From the NCBI GenBank assembly GCA_001687465.1, contig LVLI01000685.1, positions 1 through 61,324 of the forward strand: a stretch of 61,324 nt of DNA. The letters run 5' to 3'. The notes under the pieces are model-generated. The model ran no database searches and had not been told where the DNA came from. It saw nothing but the letters and a program-made list of their open reading frames with translations. The stretch's first letter is position 1. Each line of letters opens with the position of its first letter. A program made the position numbers and the translations under genes. This DNA is from Halocafeteria seosinensis. Its lineage: Eukaryota. Of this stretch, positions 10,801 to 25,800 are shown piece by piece.

Positions 10801-13800
10801 AGAGCGAGGATAGTAAATATAGGCGTGGTATTTGCTGGCACCACTTGTGGAATCCATTGCAAACGTGACTGGCCATTAATCACAACGCGATCTAAGTGCA
10901 GCGAAGGACCGCTGTTGAGGATGAGGCTCTCTTTAACGTTTTGCGAATGATTATTACCATTTTCGACTAACAACTCTCCTGCGCTATTGGGACCACATTC
11001 TTGGTAGATTGTTCCAGGACCAGATCGAGAATCGGCCGAAAAACTGCCACTCAAACCTCCATGAGCTTCCTGGTGAATAACTCCAAGTGCCGGGGCCATG
11101 GATGAAAAGCGATTTTCTGGGACGGCATCTAAACAATAAACGGCAATACGCCCTCCAGCGCCACCAAAATCACCATTTGACCTCCCATCTCCACCATTCG
11201 TCTGCAAGCGTCCGCTCATTGACAATAACGTGGATGCATTCAGTAGAAGACCACCTCCCGATCCTCCACCAGCGCTGCAGATATGAAATGATGAGTCAAA
11301 GAACATTGCATACAAAACAGCAAGCGACTTACCCTTGGGCATTAGAATGTCCTCCATTCGCCTCGATAATTCCAAGGATATGGGCAGTTACTTCAACCTG
11401 CAGATTCAAGAATGCTCCGCCTTTTCCTGCGTTCGAAGAGCAGCACCCGTCACTTCCACCGTACGTGGGTTCGAACACGTTTCCATACGACAACATATTG
11501 TCCGCTTTTGAGAGAATCTCATCCAATGCCTCTGGACTCCCTAAGCCACCATGCGATCCTCCCATCCCATTCTCGGTAGAAATTCCCAGACCGAGCTCTC
11601 CATCCAACTGCCTCATTGTGCCATTAATCGAAGCGTCGTAGTCAACGAATAAACGAACAACTCTCATGGTCGTAGAGCCGCGTACAAGCACAGTTGACGA
11701 ATCCGTTATATCGAGGTTGCCGTGTATGATCGCTGAGCAGCTAGCTCCAAAGTCGAGAGTGGATTCGCCCGTAAGAGTCAGACTGTTCGTTACAAACTCA
11801 CTGAGTTGAAGAGCTCGAAGCCCGAAAACTGTAGTGTCTCCTACACTTGCCATATCGGAAAATATGTGATACTCTTCAGTTGTTGACACGTTCAGCATAC
11901 TTCGGTCAGACGTATTATATGTATTGACCTGATGAGTTACGTTTCCTCTGGATGAGAAATGTGCTTGAGAAGAATTATGGAGGTGGAAGTGATCAGCGGA
12001 AAACACGATTCCGTCGTCGCTGTCGACACCCAAAGCTGAATTTGTTAGAATAGCTGCACCTACAGTAAAATTGACAGCTTCCCTAGACTCCACTGTTAGC
12101 CAAGCGTTTCCACTCAAGAACAAGTTGTCCAAATCTATTTTGTTTGCACTTGAGAAAGACACTCGAGCGCCCCCATTTGCGCTTAAGTTTCGAACACCTT
12201 TCCATCGACCCCAAATATTCATTTGTACAGATGATACCACGATATCAGACGGAGTCATGAAAGTTCCATTTCCTAGAACATCAACCCCAGCAGAAGCCAG
12301 AGAGAGATCCACCCCATCTATATGCTGAAACGCAACGCTTGCATAGAGCCATTCACGTTCTTCCTCCGAAAGGTACCTAACGTATGACCAGTCCTCCGTG
12401 AACAGTTTGTAGCAATTTGAGAACCCTTCGGAGCTGTTTTGACCACCGAGAATACCGATTTGATTGTTGCCGACAACCCACTGAGCACTCTGACTGCCCC
12501 TTAGTCGTCCTACAGAAAAAATGGTGTCATCAAACTCCCGTGTCACATTATCATCTTGTTGAATCCATTCCCAGTCAGGAATCCAGTTCAACCGAGCTCC
12601 CTCCAGTAAAGTGACGGTATCAAAATGAATGAGGCTCTGGTTGTTTACCAATAGCGTCTCGGGTAATACCTGTTCCGAAGGAGCAGCAAGAACGTTGTCC
12701 TGCGGTGCGGTCTTCCTTGTAAAGGGGAAGACGGACTGCCCAAGTAACAAACCAATATCGGGGTTACTATCACTGTGCCGGTTAATGGAGGCGCCAACAT
12801 TTTTTGTAGCCGTGTTAGCCCCATTTCCATTATCGATTTTAGACCCGGTCTCAAAATATTCGATGAAAGGAAATCGCGTCTTAAGCTCCGAGGCGTCAAT
12901 ATTCCGAACGCAATAATGCTTGCCATGCCCAGTTGGATCTCCCTGCCCAATCCAATAATACTTCCCGGGATACAGTTCCACAGGATTATGAAACTGAACT
13001 TCTCCACCTCTCACCGTGGGAGCGCTCGCACTTCGCAAGAGTCTAGTTATTTTACCATTGGTTTCGCCATCAAAAGACGTTTCATACAATGCTAAAACAA
13101 ACTCAACGCTATCCGCGCCGCCTCCTTTCATACCGCTCACCAACACTCGCCTATTGACACTCATGAGATAACCCGTCCAATCGGAACTGGCAGCCTCAGA
13201 TGGCCGTGCGAAACCATCACTAAGCAAGACACTTGCTTTTCGACGAGCTAGTGGCTGTTGGTTGTCAACGGTAAGATTTTGGGTATGGTCAGCTCCACAA
13301 TATAGGTACACTGTTCCGGCTCCAGAGGGCCGAATAATTCCATCAGCATCTCCAATGCCGACTCCTCCAAATGCAGTGGTGCTTAACATAGCCGAAGTGT
13401 TGCCAGAGTTCCTACATCCTTCCTCGTCATCCGCGAAGTTATAATGAACGGCTATTCTGCCCCCGGCACCACCGGCAGCTCCCATATCCGCGTTACCTCC
13501 ATTCGCTCTAAGGGTCCCAGTATGTGATAACAGCTTATCCAGTACCAATAATATAGATCCACCAGAGCCAGCCGCATTCCTGCATGAGTTGAACATTTTT
13601 TGCTAATTGAATGATCAAATCTGTTGCAGAAGCATTTACTTACATTTCGCCCGTAGTCGACGCCCCACTTACATCAACGGTACCGAGTACGTTACCTTCT
13701 AAGATATTCAAGCTCACGTAGGAACCTCCACTGCCTGATGCCTCGCTACAACACCCTCCGCTTCCAGGTTGTCGTGGATAGAACACGTCGTTGTAGCCCA

Positions 13801-16800
13801 GGGTCCGTCCTTCCTCTTTGGTGAACTTCGATATATTTTCGTGACTTCCCAAACCCCCATGTGATCCGCCTCTGGGTCCTTGAGATGACGCACCGGGGCC
13901 TTGACCAGGTCCAAAACCTAGTCCCACGCCACTTACAGCGGCAAGTCTATCTAGGTAGAACAATCTACTTGACAATTCAAAATGTTTATAAACAACCATG
14001 GTGCTTTCATTTAAGAGTTCCAACGTGTTCGTGACAAGAGTAGTCCAGTATGAAGCCATTTCGACAGTTGCTGCATCCCCTACAGACCAGTCGTATCCCT
14101 CGGTATAGGCAGTCTGCTCAGATGAAACAAGAGCACTGCTCTCGTTAACCATATTCAAAGAAGATATTGTCGTATGAGACTTATCTGCTACAAGGCTTAG
14201 AACACTGGTGTCTTCTGTTCGAACGGAATCCCCATGGAAACCCAGTACGTTACCCGAAGTTATTAGTATACGGGAATCGTTATAAGTGTCCCACGTACTA
14301 GAGCGTGCGGAGACGTTGGCCATACTTGTCAGATTGAGGCATGAACGTCCCATTAGTATAACATTTTCAGCTTCCAAGTTGTAATCGTAGACCGTGTCGG
14401 CCGCGAAACATGAACCCTCAAGTACATTCAAAGACCTTAATTCGGTAAAGCTGTGGTTGATAACCTTCACGGTCGCGTCATCAGTTAAACTTAAACTCTT
14501 CAATCCCTTCCAGTCACCCCATAAGTTCACTGGCATCGAAGCGACTGTAATATTAGGTGCCGTTATAAGCTCAGCCATTTCATGAACATCGATACCTACA
14601 CCGGTCAGCGCGAAATCCACATTATCCAAAAGGTTCAACGCGATATTCGTTTGGGACCAGTACATATGCTCAAGTTCAAAGAAGCGAGTATATACGTAAT
14701 TCGTTGTATACACTGAGTCAATCCCAGCGTCACTAGCAAAGGATTGCCTTGAGCAGTTTTGTATTCTGGCAGTTTGGTGACTATGTATGATCCACCTGAC
14801 ACTCTTGTCACCGTACAAGCAGGAAACGGTAAACTGTCTCGATTTTTCGGGATCGGAAGCTCGGAAGGAAGCGTTCTCTGGAGCCCAGTGCATTCTGGCA
14901 CCGAAGCGTAAAGAAACGTAATCGAAATATAATTCCGAAACATCATTCACAATGATCGTTTCCGGAGTACGTCGCAGCATGTCTCTGTTTCCAGCATCCT
15001 CCGGTTCCCCACCTCCATTGTCCACAGTTAAATTCATGAACCCGTTCATCCCACACTTCTGGAATACCGTGCCTGCGCCAGACTGATCCCCGTTATCATT
15101 GAACCCACCCCTTGTCAACGAAAGTAAAGCATTAGTAGGGATCGAACGCGTTGTAGCATTCTGCTCCACAAGGATAGAACAATACAGAGCAATCCTGCCA
15201 CCACTGCCTCCGAACCCATCCTTGGTACCGTTGCCCCCATCGGCTACCAGTCTCCCCGTGTAAGAATTCAGCGACTCTGTGGATATCCAAATCGCCCCTC
15301 CCGCGCCACTGCACAAAGTAAACACAAGGATAAATTACACCCCATGGACCATCTACAATCCTTAACACTAGTGACAACAACTTACCCTCCACCTGATTCA
15401 GCCGTTTCGCCGCTCACATCAATTAATCCTCGAAGGTCGCTGCTCGTGGAGACGTTTAATCGTAAACTAGCACCTCCCCTGCCTGAGTAGCTATCACAGC
15501 AACCCCCGCTTCCTTCGACAAATGGTGAGAACAAGTTGTCGTTTGCAAGTATTGAACTTTCTGAATTTGCAAACGCGTGAAACTCCTCCGAGCTCCCCAG
15601 ACCGCCATGCGAACCTCCACGGTTCTCCGAAGCAGCTGCTCCAGGGCCTATTCCAGGGCTGAATCCAGCGGAGAAGCCGTCAATGGTCGCCTCAGCTCCC
15701 AAGAAAAACGAATTGGAATGCCACATACTGCGGGCGTTGATTGCAACAGTTGCTGAATCTTGAATACGGGTACAATCAAGAACTTCGATGTCAGGACTGT
15801 ACCCCAAAGACACAGTACTCTTATCACGCACTATCAAGTCTCCGATGAGCCACGATGACTTAATATTGGGGGAAATTGTCACGTCTGATTTATCGGCGAA
15901 AAAAGCGCGTGTGGTGTTTACAAATGCTGAATCTGTTTCAAGAATATGAAAACGAGACTCGTGAAGAGTAGTCAATGTGGAGGCGCTAACCGTAGTTGAG
16001 CGGGAGGATCTGATCTTAACGGCACTGGAATTGTGAATTGACACTGAACGACCAATCAAATGCAGATCCTCTCCACCGTCGATTGCAAAATGAGAGCTGT
16101 CCGTTGAAACGAAAGTGTCCAAATGTAAAAGCAGGGAGTCATTTTTTGAGCTTGATAGAAAAAACGATCCTTCTTCCAGGAGCACCATACTTTGGAGAGA
16201 CATCTCTGAGACTTCTCGCAACTCAACGCTCCCATTGCCACGGACAGCTAAATGGTTTAATCCACTCCAAGGACTATTCAGGGTAACAGATACTGAAGAG
16301 ATAGTGATACGTTCTGGAGTTTCCAGTTTAGCGTTCTCAAGAACAACAAGTGACACCTGGTCCAGAGCAAAATTGGTGTCATCTGCAGTGGATACATTGA
16401 CATTGTCATTTATCCAATAAGTATCGTTTTCTTGTTGTAGCAGGCTTGTCGAATGCTTCATATCCATGGGCAAATACTGAGTTCCGCTGGCACAAGACGG
16501 GTGGTTAACGGACGCCGTCCTTAGCTTTGCGACTTGGTTTCCTCTAACGCTCCATACAGAAGATCTGTCTCCTTTCAAACATGATACAACGAACTCCCCA
16601 GAACTAGTTGGTTTCACGGAGGGTGCCCATGTAATGCCTGTGCGATTCACCAACACAACACTACCGAAGGTCAAGGATTCTACGTGGTCCACAATCACAG
16701 CTTCTATAGGTTGAGGATTAGAATTGTGCCCATTGCTCACAGTGAGTTCGTCAACAAAAGCATTTTCAACATTCCAATATGTTGTTCCAGGACCGACACG

Positions 16801-19800
16801 TGGGTCTCCTTCCTCTTCCAAGGAGTTTCCACCAACATTTTCTACAGTAATAGCGGACATAACTTCTTTGAACATTTTCTCCGTGTCAACTGTATCCATA
16901 GCGATTCTTCCTCCAGCTCCGCCATATGGACCGCTACCACCATTTGCGGTTAGCCTTCCATTACTCTCCAGGAGTCTACGAGTAACAAGTCGGATAGAAC
17001 CTCCAGACCCACCGCCCGATCTGCAACAAACACCAACACAAACTATCCGTTAAGGGATGCATTCAACGCGGAAAGCGCCATGATACGTACTCGGAACCAC
17101 TTGACTGCCCACCGCTGACATCTATTAGACCATGGAGTTTCAGAGACTTAGATGCATTCAGGAAGAGAGAAGAACCGCCAGTCCCACCTCTCTGTCCGCA
17201 CCCACCACTGCCTGCACTCATGGGCGCCCTCACGGAGTCATAGACAGGTAACGTCTCAAGCGTACGCAGCGTTTCGGTCGCGTTAGCAAAGCTTCCTAGA
17301 CCCCCATGTGAAGCTCCAATTAGTCTAGACGAGGCTCCAGGTCCTTGACATGTCGGAAAGCCGCTGCCAACACCGTCAACAGTCGATCGTTCGCTTTGCA
17401 AGTACACCTCAGTTCTTAACGTCACGGTTCCACTAATCAATAATTTCGCGTTTTCCAGCAAGTTCACCAACTTGTCCGAGGAAATGAACGTAGGTGCAAG
17501 TTCATTTCCTCTAGTGGAAAATACTGAAGAATGACGTTGAGTGAGCTCACGGAAAGTGAAAGTCGATGCATTACTCACGCTTGTGCTCACATTAGCGTGA
17601 TCTGTCAAAGTAAAATAGTCAATATCCATTGCGAAGTGTGCCCTTGATCGAATGTAGGTTCTAGTGTGGTTATGGAAAGACCACTTGTTTCCAAATACGC
17701 TAATGTCTTCACCGCTGGTAAGTTCCATGGTTGAGTTCCCAAGCATATGAAGCTCATCCACTGATAACCTTAGAGACATAGCATTCATTTGCAGAAAAGC
17801 TTCATCCATAAATATCAGAGAATTGAGGTGCCACCTTTGCTCATTGGTCACAGCTATGCAAGCGCCAGAAGTCACCGATAAGTGTTCAACTCCTTCCCAT
17901 AACCCATGTAGGTAAACACCCACGGCATCGACAACCACCTGAGGGGGGCTTATGAGAGTGGCTTCGTAATTCACGACAATATTGGCCTGTGTCAACGCGA
18001 GACCGATATCGTCACCGTGTGTCACATCTACTTCCTCGAATTTCCAAGTTGATTCATCTTCTTGTATCCACGATTGCGATGTGATTCCCAACTCGTGCTT
18101 CGATTCTCTATTCGCCGAACCGACCGCTGGATTCATGGTATCATTCGTCCCCAACAGCCCCGTTTGATTAGTCTCGAGTAATAATCGGCCAGATTGATCT
18201 CCTTCCAAACGAAGTACCACAATCTGTTGCCGAGGTGCCGAAGGGACCCAACGGATCCCACTCTGACGGTAGAGTTCTACCTTGTCAAAAGCAAGTACTT
18301 GATTATCGTGCAAGATAACCGCATCGACCACGTGATCAAGTTCATTGACTCCATTGTCGACTAACAAATGGTTCCAACCCATGGCCCCACATTGCGCAAA
18401 TGCGGTACCAGGTGAAGACCTACGTTCCTTCCTTAAGTCTCCAGTAAGTCCTCCCCATGCCTGGGCACTAAGGCCATCCAACACAGAAGATACCGATGCT
18501 TCCAATAATGTGTCGCAGTAAACAGCAATGCGTCCTCCAGATCCTCCAGACAGCTTTCCTCTTCCACCATTTCCCCCGTTGGCAAAGATTTTAGCACCGC
18601 TCTGAATCAACTGCTTCGCCTCCAAATAAACGCTCCCGCCGGCGCCACCACCGACACTGCATCAGGTGAACACATATATATTTCAACCCAAAAAACGTTG
18701 CTGCAATAGGTAACACTTACTCGTCTTCCACTGAATGTTCTCCGTCTACGTCGACGGCTCCTCGTAGCTCCAAACGTTGAGTTACTAGTCGCAAACTAGC
18801 TCCTCCAAAACCACCTAAAGAACCCTTCCTGGAACAACCACCTCCACTCCCAGGGATGAAAGGGTCAAAAAGATCATCATTTGCCAGCAGTGAACCTTCT
18901 GAATCCAAGAACGATTCGAAACTTTCGGAGCTACCCAAGCCACCGTGAGATCCACCATGCATTCCAAACAGAGGAGCACCCGGGCCTTCGCAGCCTGGAA
19001 ATCCTCCACCACTACCGTTCATGACGGTTTCGGCCCCTAACAGTATATCCTCTCCAATTATGGATAAATTACCATTAAAATTCACCTTAGAAAACTCCAT
19101 CATAGTGAAATCCTCTAGATTTATTCTAGCACTGGAGGACAGAGAAGCACTGGAGTTGCTCCTCATTTCAAGTCGAGTCAGATTCAATACCCCTGACACA
19201 CGATAATCTAATAACAACGAAGCATTGTCTTTAATCCTCATCCAACCAACACCTAGTATAACGTTTGACGAGATATCCGTGCGAAACCACGAGCGATCCG
19301 ACAAATTCACCTCTTGAGAATCGAGCATCAGATTTGTGCATTTCTCCACACGAAGGATGGAATCATCGTACAAGTGCACCAACCCAAACTGCAAATTAAC
19401 GTCTTCAAAGTTCCGCCATTCAACTGATGATTTGTCCATCATGGTCAAGTTCCGAATATCCATCCAAAGGTCGGACTTCCCAAGAACCTTTAATGTCGAG
19501 TTACCCAACATGGTTAACGATGAAAAGCTTAGATTGTTGTATTTATCCGCATCAATTTCAATTGACCCATTCACTCCAATGAAAAGATGACTTACCCCAG
19601 TCCATGCGCCATCAATATGCACATGTTCATTGATTACACTCACGGTTGAGGGAGTGCTAACAGTTGCTTGAGGACCAACACTGACCCCCACGTGAATTAG
19701 CGAGAATTTGGTAGAGTCAGCTACCAGTCCACGTACAGCTGTTAATGTCCATCCATCATCTCGTTCCTCGTTAATTTCGGAATGTAGGGATCCTAGTGAC

Positions 19801-22800
19801 GTATTAGATAGAGAAGGAGCCCCCATTGGTTGGTCTATTCCGAGTTCCGCATTCTGCTTACCAACGACGTTCCATTGACCAGTTGAGTCACCCTCCAATT
19901 GATGAATAGATATTTCTTGAGGACTGGTACCGCTAAGCCATTGTAATCCACCGTTCCTTTGTAACCGAACACGGTCGAAGTTTAATAAGTCTTTATCGCT
20001 GACAATAAAAGCGTATGCGGTATCACCTAGCTGGTCTACACCATTGTCCACAAGAAGATTCCGCTCAGACTCAGATCCACAAACAGAGTACATAGTTCCA
20101 GGAGAAGACCTTTTTGCTCCTTTTGATTCCCCTGTAAAACCACCGTACGCTTGAGCGTAGATTATGTCCATAATAGAGAAACTGCTTGAAGCAGAAGCTT
20201 CAGATTGTAACGAAGAGCAGTATAGTGCGATTCTCCCACCACTTCCACCGTATCCATTTTCCTTATAGCCATCCCCTCCATTCACAACTATTCGACTCTG
20301 CTGATAATAATTTAACCGTTCCGTGGAAATGAAGACGGAGCCACCGGAACCTCCGCCAGCCCTGAACAGAGTCATACAGAAGTAGCTGATGGTCCTACAC
20401 AAAGGAACATAATTAGTCACTTACGTTTTCCCATTAGCATTCTCTCCGCTGAAGTTTATCGTACCTGATAGGTTCAAAGATCTGGAGCAATTCAGCATTA
20501 AAGCAGCTCCACCAGCTCCCGCGTTAGCAGGATAATTTATCGAGCAACCAGAGCTCCCTGGGGAAGTCGGCTCGAAAGTGTTTCCATTGGCTAAGGTGCT
20601 ATCCAAGGTTTCGTCACTTGTAAGTTTGGTACTTCCTATCCCGCCGTGAGACCCGCCATTATTGCTGCTCAGCGATGTCCCAGGACCAGAGCAGGGCGGG
20701 TACCCACCACCAGCACCGTCAATTGTAGCATCACTACTGAGCGAAAAATCAGGAACCGAGATAGTGGATGCTCCTCCTAAACGAAGCAGCGATTGAGCAC
20801 CTACGACGCACGACTTCCCGATGCTAAAATTGGCGCCCTTGCTGAAGTTGAGCACAGAATGCCCATCAAGTCTCAAACTTTCGTCAATTTCAATAGCTGC
20901 CATTGAAGCGAATCCAATTAAGGTAGACTCATCGTCCATCGTAAGGAGTTGAACGGCTATCGACACAGACGCTTCACCAGTCAGTTCTATTTTTGAACGA
21001 TGAGCCAATGATACTTCCCGTTTGACTTGCAAAGCGGTCGATGCGATATTATTCATCGAAATGAAAGAGGAATCTGTCATGCCAATGTCCACTCCGCGGT
21101 ACACAACGCTACTGTAGCCAACAAACTCGAGCAGTGAACCTCCAGTTAGCGATAGCGAATCGCATATAAGTACGCCATCGCCCAGACCATTGAACGTCAA
21201 CGAACCTCCATTAGCAATATTCAGCGATGAGAATGAAAGTTCAGAAAGCTCCTGGTTCTCAAACCTCACATTGGCGTTCGAAGAGACCGTTAGATGGTGC
21301 ACTCCTTCCCATTTGCCTGAAATATGGAGATCGACATCCCCAACAACAACGTATTCGGGAGTTTCTATTAAAGCCTCTGGTCGTACTACGACCCCTACTT
21401 TGCTAAAAGCCAAGTTCATGGAATCCTTAACAAGTGCCTCTCCGTTATAGTATCCCCATTTCGAAGAGTTCTGGAACAAAGACGAAAATATGGTACCCAA
21501 CGAAACTGTAGTACTTACCGGCTGATGGCCATTCAAACCAATAAATGCTCGTTGATTATTACCGATTACCCATTGTCCTCTTCCATCTCCCTGTAATCTC
21601 GTCACGGATATATTACGCATATTGAAGCCAGCAGTTATCCACTCCAGGGCACCGCGTCTCCAAATCTCTACCCTATCAAAACTTAAAGCCGATACATCAT
21701 TTGAAAGAATAGCAGGAAGAGGTTCACTCAATTTATTGGGCCCACTATCCACAAACAAGTGTCTAGAAGGTCCGCTGGCACAATTGGCAAAGGAGGTGCC
21801 TGGTCCAGAACGTTTGCCGCCTTCGCCAGCTGCTAATAACCCTCCGAAAGTTTGGGAACGCAGTGCATCTAACGCCCAGGAAACTGATTCGTGCCGAAAC
21901 TCGTTGCAGTAAACAGCAACACGACCACCACCCCCTCCATATCCATCGGTGTTTCCATTACCTCCATTTGCAATGATGTTCCCGTTACTATTGTGCAAGG
22001 AATGTGTCACCAGCAGAATTGTACCACCAGCTCCACCACCCGCTCCATTGTCGCTGTACAGCAAATACTCGGAATTGATTCTTATTTCAACAACAAACTA
22101 TAAGTGTTGACTCAGCATGAAACTTACCTATTCTGCGACGGAGGACCACCGCTCATGTCAATAGTTCCTTCGACAACGGTGGACCCACTGATAGTCAAGT
22201 TGAAAGAAGACCCTCCGAAACCGCCACTGCCTTCAGCAGAGCAGGCTCCACTTCCGGATAAATACGGGTGTAGTCCATCTCCATTAGCCAGCATTCCGCC
22301 TTCTTCCTTTATAAATTCGTCAACCGTTTCCGTGCTCCCAAGGCCTCCATGGGAACCTCCTCTCGGAGACGACGACGGAGAACCAGGTCCATAGCAAGGT
22401 TGGAATCCACGCTCACTACCATTTATTACAGCACCGCGACCCAGGAAAAAAGAGGGAGACACTATAAAGCTATATCCACCGAGGAGGATCACAGAATAGT
22501 CTTCGACAGACATCGAATTTTGACAAGCTATTCGAGGATCCTTTCCGAAATCGACGAGTGTTTCATCCAAGGCAATGAACGATCCAAACTCGTACGACCC
22601 GCTCGGAAACTCCATAAAGCTAAGACTTGAAACGGTGCGTAATTCTACGGTGCTAATAGAAGAATCTATGATTCCATGCCCAACGAATGTGACATTCGAA
22701 ACGACGTCTAAAGAAAGGCTGTTCACAAGCAAGTTAACCTCGTCTTCGGCTGCAAATAGCAAACTACTGTTGCCTGTGACGTGGATGTCCCCGGCAAATA

Positions 22801-25800
22801 AGGATAACTTCTCGTAGTCTGTTATTTCCATTTCCGTCTTACTCGCCATCCGGAGTTCACGAACATCTATAATACATTGCTCGCCGCCGTCCATTATTAG
22901 ACTTGCAGTTCCACCAAATTCGACAGATTTAGCTTGTAGTTTGCTTTGTTTCACGTCAGAGATTCCTCGTGTCAATTTCGATTCATCTTCATCGAAGTCA
23001 TTGCGCGCCAGCCAGTGGCCATTCAAATTTAAGGAAACGTTGAGCAGACTAAGATGCGACGGACTCATAACGGTAGATCCTTCGTTGACAACAAAACTTA
23101 TCTTCAAGCCTAGAGCTTGACTATTGAAATCATTCAGTCCGTCGAACTGCTTGGTTCCCAGAATAACTGTTTGACTCTTCATAACCTCCCATAGACCCGT
23201 TGTATCACCCTTTATGGTACCCGTCAGCAGCGTCACATTCCAACCTAAGGTTGACAAGAATCGAAACCCCGCTCCACCAGTGACAAAGACTTGATTAAAA
23301 TGAAGAGACGATGATTCGGTCAAGAGCACAGCCTGCGCCTGAGGCCGATGGGAAGTTTCAGCGTTGTCAACTAACAGCGAGGAGCGGTCATCCCTCCTAC
23401 AATGCAAATGTACCGTCCCAGGGGCTGACCGACCACCTGTACTTCCTCCATACGTGCCGCCGTGAGCGCTCAAATTAACATCCCTCTCAATAGCTGCACC
23501 GCCAGGGGTACTAAAAGTTCCGTAATGCAGTGCAATGCGTCCACCACTACCACCGTGATAACCGGAACCACCATTTCCACCGTTTGCCGTTATCATTCCA
23601 CTTGAATAGTCCATCGAGACTGTCTCTAACCATAGGGCACCTCCGGCTCCTCCACCAAAACTGCAAATAGCCACAAAAATCGTTCAGGGTGGGAAGAAAC
23701 TCCAATTAGGAAATAAATACTTACGTAGAAGTTGCACCGTCAAGCTGGATATCTCCTGACATAGAGAACACTCGAGACACGCTCAAATGAAGATAGGAAC
23801 CACCGGGGCTACCCTGGAAGTTACCTGCACACGAACCACTGCCCGGAAGCTTCGGCCTGAACGTATCGTCGTTTGTTAATTCATAGCTAGCATTCGTAGT
23901 ATCGCTTCCCACTCCTCCATGAGATCCTCCGTAAGTAGGAATATCGGGAGAACCAGGGCCTTCGCAGGGTAGAAATCCGTTGCCTGTACCATTTAGAGAC
24001 GACGACGACAGCTCGAAATAAATTGCATAAATGTCGGAAAATCTGGAAACTAAGATTACCGAGTTCTCCTTTACTCGTACTTCACCATTAACAAGGAAAT
24101 AAGGGTCCTTCTTGCAATCTAAAGTAGAACCTGAGATAACTTCGAGGCTCCTACATTGCAAGTGGAAACTGCTGCTATCAGCCATCAAAAGAGAGGAACT
24201 TTGAACACTTATATTGGAGAAACTAAAGGACATATAGTAATTCGATAACGTCCGAAGAAGCGAGCCATAAACTACATTCAGCACATCCCCCTTCATCACC
24301 AGATTCGATTCCGTAGCTTCCAAAAGTGCTACAGAGTTATGCTGAATTTCGAGTTCTGACACTGAAACTGTCGTGTCTTCGGCAGCCATGGAGTCAATTT
24401 CACTCTGAAAATCAACCAACCAAAGCTTGCCAGATAAGGTCGAATTGTCGGCGGAATCAATTCTAATCACGGAAGATGAGTTGATAATACAACTTAGCGC
24501 GTCAATATAGGCATCGTCGCCCGCTTGGGCAATAACAGCACTCCCGGAGTCAATATTAGCACTAGATGTTTTCCAAATCAAACTGGTGGCGGCATCTGCG
24601 TACCACTCAGATATATCAGTGATGCTTACGTTGCCACTCACAACATCCAAGCGCCCTAAGGAATGCGCTTGCACATTGCTACCAGATTCCAAAGTTGCCA
24701 GGTCAAAACGGAACATGATTTCGTTGTCACTAGACAGTAGCAATTGAGAATCATGTAGGAGATGGAGCGCTCCCTTTGGAGACACAAGACGAAGATGGTC
24801 TGCGGCACTGTCAGTGGAGGAATTCGAAAAGGTACCGTTTGCCATACTACTACTAGTGTTAGCTCCCTTCGTCGCCAACACTGCCGAAATCGTGCTGTTG
24901 TTGACGGTTTCATTGATTGCGGTTGAATCGTCGACGATCTCATAATGTTCCAAAAGCGACGAATTCGTGCCAAACGAAACTCCCTGATCAGAGATGACAT
25001 GGAATGCGCTGCTATTCGTCACGCGTAGGACACCAAGTTCGACATCCGCAGTGGAGCTCAGGTTAATCTCCAACGCCGATGACTCAGTAATAACTCCTCG
25101 TGAGAGCGTGAGCAGCAGTGAAGAGCTACTAACCAATATTGAGGACCCCGAGCAAAAAAGCGAAGCAATTTCAAAATCCGATTTCCCCGCAGAGGACGAC
25201 AGCACCCTCGAATCTTTATCAATCGTCCACTGCTCAGCGGTGAGAAGGAAATCAGAGCTGTAGACTTGCCACACTGAAGACTCTACAGTCAAAGTTTGTG
25301 CATCCACAACTACTTCTCGTGGGGTATCTATCTTTAACTCGCTTTCCCCGTGTAGACCGACTGTGATGTAGGACGCATTTACAGAAGCGTTAGTATTTAT
25401 CGAAAAGACACTCCCATCACTAAGTCCCACTGTTTGGTTATCTTTAGATGCCAGGCTTTCAGCAGCAAACAAATCAACACCGGAGCTGCTGCCTTGCGAG
25501 AGGGAATCAATAAACCACTGGAGTTCCGCAGCGGAATGAACAGCTACATTACTCTCAGTATCTAGGGCGATGAAAACAACATCGCACGTCATACTCATGT
25601 CGCTTTCGAGCTTCGCCGTACTGGAATTTGTGACGTGCAGAGAACTCCCGGAGTAAAGTAGATTACTTTGAGAGTTCATCGACCATATCGAGCTACCCCC
25701 AATATAGGCACTATTAACGCTCGCCTTTATCTTACTTCCAGCTATACCGGTCCATTGAGCACTCCTGGATACTTCTACTACCTCACTAGTCACCATAAGT

